Assembly (NCBI GenBank): GCA_050125095.1 | Contig: JASFEA010000051.1 | Span: forward strand, 1-19,533 | Length of the DNA: 19,533 nucleotides | Direction of reading: 5' to 3' | Source: a bacterium | GTDB lineage: Bacteria > Arandabacterota > Arandabacteria > Arandabacterales > JALGWA01 | Part shown: in pieces, positions 16,372 through 19,533 of the stretch | How positions within the stretch are numbered: the stretch's first letter is position 1 | Layout: each line of letters starts with the position of its first letter | Translations under genes and position numbers: made by a program | Notes under the pieces: generated by a model | What the model saw: the letters and a program-made list of their open reading frames with translations, nothing else | The model's database searches: none | Told to the model about the DNA's origin: nothing

Positions 16372-17425
16372 GAGGGTCGGCATCGCCCTGGACCGGGGAG
16401 TCCCGGACCGCGTGCCCATTCACGACGGCTACTGGGACGAGGCCGTGCAAAGATGGCGCGGCGAAGGCATGCCCGAGGCCGCGGCCCGCGACCGCGACTC
16501 GATATGGGACTACTTCGACATGGAAATCAGGCAGATACCCATAGACCCGTCTTTCATGTTCGAAGAGAAGGTGATAGCCGACGATGAGAGATATATCCTC
16601 AAACGGGTGAGCGACGGCGGCGTCTATAAGTACATTAAAGGCTCGACCGCGACTCCGGGCCTGGTCGAGTTCCCGCTCAAGGGGCGGAGGGAATGGCAGG
16701 ACCTCAAGGAGAGATTGAGGCCCTCCGCCGACAGGCTGCCTGCGGACCTCCGGGCCAGGTACCGCAAATACAGGGAGGACGGGCGCTTCGTCGTCATCGT
16801 CATGCACAATCCGTATGAGGCCACCTGGTCCAAGTTCGGGGTCACCAATCTGCTGGAGAGCATGAAGCTGGATCCCGAGCTCGTGCGCGAGGTCTTCGCC
16901 GCGGTCACCGACATGAACCTGGCCATGTGCGAAGAGATCCTGGGCGCCGGCTATGAGGTGGACGGCGGCTGGATCTGGGGCGATATAGCATATAATAAAG
17001 GAACGCTTTTCTCTATCCGGATGTACGAGGACCTACTCCAGCCCTTCAATAAGCGGCTGGCCGGTTTCTTCCGCGAGCGCGGCCTCCCGGTTGTCTACCA
17101 TACCGACGGCGACGTCCGAACGGTGATCCCCCTGCTGATCGAGGCGGGAATGACATGCTTGCAGCCGCTGGAGTCCAAGGCCAACATGGATCTTGTCGAG
17201 CTCAAGCGCGAGTACGGCGACAGGCTCGCCTTCATGGGCGGCATAGACTTCGAAGCCATATCGAAGGGCGAAGCCTCCATGATAGAAGAGATCCGGAGCA
17301 AGGTGGGCCGGGGCAAGGAGGGGGGCGGCTATATCTACCACTCGGATCACTCTGTGCCTCCCAAGGTCAGCCTCGACCAGTACAGGCGCGTCCTGGACCT
17401 CGTCCTCGAGTACGGCCGCTACTGA
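16358..17425 (+). CDS. Uroporphyrinogen decarboxylase-like (UroD/MtaA-CmuA superfamily) protein
   Basis: MTSRERV...PDRVP, GDIAY, YHTDGDV, LQPLE, AFMGGID, GGGYIYHSDHSVPP. The RBS gaggag favours ATG 16358 over 16343. Confidence 0.88.
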   Translation: MTSRERVGIALDRGVPDRVPIHDGYWDEAVQRWRGEGMPEAAARDRDSIWDYFDMEIRQIPIDPSFMFEEKVIADDERYILKRVSDGGVYKYIKGSTATPGLVEFPLKGRREWQDLKERLRPSADRLPADLRARYRKYREDGRFVVIVMHNPYEATWSKFGVTNLLESMKLDPELVREVFAAVTDMNLAMCEEILGAGYEVDGGWIWGDIAYNKGTLFSIRMYEDLLQPFNKRLAGFFRERGLPVVYHTDGDVRTVIPLLIEAGMTCLQPLESKANMDLVELKREYGDRLAFMGGIDFEAISKGEASMIEEIRSKVGRGKEGGGYIYHSDHSVPPKVSLDQYRRVLDLVLEYGRY

Positions 17426-17687
17426 ACCGGGCCTTGAACAAGACCCTCTGAATGAACCTATTGAATGAGCCCATCCGAACCGTGCCTCCTGTTGGCAAGA
17501 CCCTCTGAGCGTGGCCTCTCGCGCCCCTGAGCGGCCCCACGCCACAATATACTAAAGTAATTCTGCACTCCTCCCGACCAAATTAATGTGCATAACGCAA
17601 TAGCGTAACAAGGACGTTATGGGTGAATTCCTGCCTGTAACCCGTTTTCTCTAGACGATTGAACGGTTTAAGCCACGTCCTGTTTGA

Positions 17688-17703
17688 TGGCACAGCACTT
17701 GCT
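17688..17703 (+). promoter_or_regulatory. Sigma-54 (-24/-12) promoter for the putative glycoside hydrolase
   Basis: TGGCAC-agcac-TTGCT is an exact TGGCAC-N5-TTGCW match. It is preceded by an AT-rich region containing a cataacg...cgttatg dyad (17591-17621). Confidence 0.8.
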
Positions 17704-17736
17704 GAAATCAAGATGGGGCCAGGCAAGGTACCGCCT

Positions 17737-19533
17737 ATGTTTACTAAAAGGACATCAGTCATTGCGACCTTCTTCGTCGTGCTGCTCGTTGCAGGTGGCC
17801 TGGGAGCTTCGCCTGACGCATACCCGAAGGTCGCCAACTTCTACACGACCGACCCTCACTTCGAGGATTGCCCGCGCCTGAGCCGGTATGACCTGGTTGT
17901 GATGCCCGCGTCGATGCAGGACGTGTGCCCGGAGATCATTGCAGAGCTCAGGCTCCTCAATCCGGACATCATAATAATGGCCTATTTCCCCGCCGCCATA
18001 ATCTGGCCGGTTTACCCTACGACGGAATCGGTGTCACGGCAATACTGGGACAAGGTGGAAGCCTGTGACTGGTGGCTGTACGACACCAAGGGCAACAGGG
18101 TGGGGAGTCCCGAATACTGGTGGATACTCAATCTCAGCACCAACTGCCCGGAAGACCCTTACGGGCAGACACTCGGCGAATGGCTGGCCGAGTTCATGGC
18201 CGAAGAGATTTATGCCACGGGCCTCTGGGACGGCCTCTGGGTCGACGAGTGCTGGGAAAACCCGAACTGGATAAACAACGGCGAGTTCCTGTTCCAGGAC
18301 CCTCCCGCCGCACTGGACAGCGACCGGGACGGCATTGCGGACGATCCGGAAGAGCTGCAGGCCGCCTGGTACGCCGAGCTGTCGGGATTCATCACGTCTC
18401 TGAGGGCCCGGGTGGGACCCGATGCGATCATGACCGGTAACGGCAAGCAGATGATGCACGAGTGGCTCAACGGCGGCATTCGCGAGAACTTCCCCAATAT
18501 GCATGGCGGCTGGGAAGCCAATATGTTCTCCGATTACGGATACCTCACGAACTGCGAGATGTTCCTGGACTCGCCGCTCGTTGCCAGCATGATTACATGT
18601 TTCTCGGAGCTGGAACAGCATACAGTCTATGAGCCGTATCGTTGTCCCAGCTATATGAGGTTCCTCAGGTTCACGATGACCAGCGCGCTCCTGGGCGACG
18701 GCTACTATGTGCTCGAGGATGGGTCGGGGAGATGCCTGTGGTGGGAGGACCTCTATGACCTGGACATGGGTCTGCCTACATCGAGCGCGTATCTGGACTC
18801 GATCTACAGCCAGTCGGGAGCCAGGATGTGCCCTATCTGGCGGCGCGACTTCGAGAAGGGCTACGCCCTCTGCAATCCGTTCAACCAGTATATTTATACG
18901 CTGGACAATGAGTGGATCTCGGCGGAAGACGGGATGATAGTAATTACCGCGAGCGACGCCGACCTGGCAGTGGCCGCGATCAGGGACGGCGTGCCGGCCG
19001 TGGTCGACAAGGACGTGCCCAGGATCAGGATCGATACAGAGGTGATAAACCCCTCGGACCACTCGGCGCCGGCCTATGTATGGTCGGAGACCAAACTGGG
19101 CGACGTGGTCATGAACACGGGGCCGGTGCTGGAAATACTCGTGGGCAAGCAGGATACGGATACCGTGACCGTGACGGTGGGTTTCCCTGCGTCCCTGGGG
19201 CTTGAGACATATACCATCGAGATCAATGTCGCGGGACCCGACATGGAGGTTCTCGACAGCGACATTCTCTATATAAGAAGAACGGTGGAATTTCCGAGCG
19301 ACAAAGAGGGTCTTTACGACAATCAGGATCCAAGTGCGGACACGAACGAGGAGGACAATCTTCTCATATACCCTCAGCCGGTAGCTTTCTCTTCTGGCGA
19401 AACCCTCAGGATGGAGGTGAGGGCCGACCAAACATCGGCTAATGAGATCTGCAGGATCAATATGTTCGATGTCAGGGGGAGGCTTGTACGTTCAGTATAT
19501 GAGGGTGTATATGGTGAAGGGCTGAGTTTGGAA
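17737..19533 (+). CDS. Secreted putative glycoside hydrolase (GHL15-like TIM barrel) with Ig-like and FlgD/T9SS-like C-terminal domains; 3'-truncated, missing from the ORF track
   Basis: Hand translation gives 599 codons with no stop. Signal peptide MFTKRTSVIATFFVVLLVAGGLGA; YDLVV, LNPDIIIMAY, WDGLWVDE, DSDRDGIAD, TGNG, NGGIRENF, SALLGDGYY, WRRDFEKGYALCNP; then LIYPQP...FDVRGRLVR. An alternative ATG lies at 17713. Confidence 0.82.
   Translation, partial: MFTKRTSVIATFFVVLLVAGGLGASPDAYPKVANFYTTDPHFEDCPRLSRYDLVVMPASMQDVCPEIIAELRLLNPDIIIMAYFPAAIIWPVYPTTESVSRQYWDKVEACDWWLYDTKGNRVGSPEYWWILNLSTNCPEDPYGQTLGEWLAEFMAEEIYATGLWDGLWVDECWENPNWINNGEFLFQDPPAALDSDRDGIADDPEELQAAWYAELSGFITSLRARVGPDAIMTGNGKQMMHEWLNGGIRENFPNMHGGWEANMFSDYGYLTNCEMFLDSPLVASMITCFSELEQHTVYEPYRCPSYMRFLRFTMTSALLGDGYYVLEDGSGRCLWWEDLYDLDMGLPTSSAYLDSIYSQSGARMCPIWRRDFEKGYALCNPFNQYIYTLDNEWISAEDGMIVITASDADLAVAAIRDGVPAVVDKDVPRIRIDTEVINPSDHSAPAYVWSETKLGDVVMNTGPVLEILVGKQDTDTVTVTVGFPASLGLETYTIEINVAGPDMEVLDSDILYIRRTVEFPSDKEGLYDNQDPSADTNEEDNLLIYPQPVAFSSGETLRMEVRADQTSANEICRINMFDVRGRLVRSVYEGVYGEGLSLE

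Noticed and set aside
16358-17425. hemE gene symbol
   Set aside because: It lacks the HemE PVWxMRQAGR motif and belongs to the broader UroD-like family.

Overview
GC-rich bacterial window with 14 protein-coding genes, 13 on the + strand. Two secreted proteins carry FlgD-Ig/T9SS-like C-terminal domains, which suggests an FCB-superphylum-type organism (inference). Gene order: 5'-truncated CoA-substrate activase/DUF2229 fusion; a catalytically degenerate GalT homologue behind a perfect sigma-54 promoter; a secreted M1 aminopeptidase (- strand); PAP2 phosphatase; asnA; Zn-ribbon-RDD protein; alkyltransferase-like protein (probable CTG start); then an apparent operon of flavin reductase, ParA fused to a CBM48 glycogen-binding domain, a degenerate FlhG/MinD-like protein with a ParB-type LGRGL N-terminal peptide, a degenerate nuclease-fold protein, a CPBP protease and a UroD-family protein. 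Last is a 3'-truncated secreted putative glycoside hydrolase, absent from the ORF track, behind a second perfect sigma-54 promoter. The best candidate for an undescribed system is the three-gene ParA-CBM48 module (12649-15450), which looks like a ParA-type positioning system for glycogen/alpha-glucan cargo. All family assignments come from reading motifs by eye; no database search was run.
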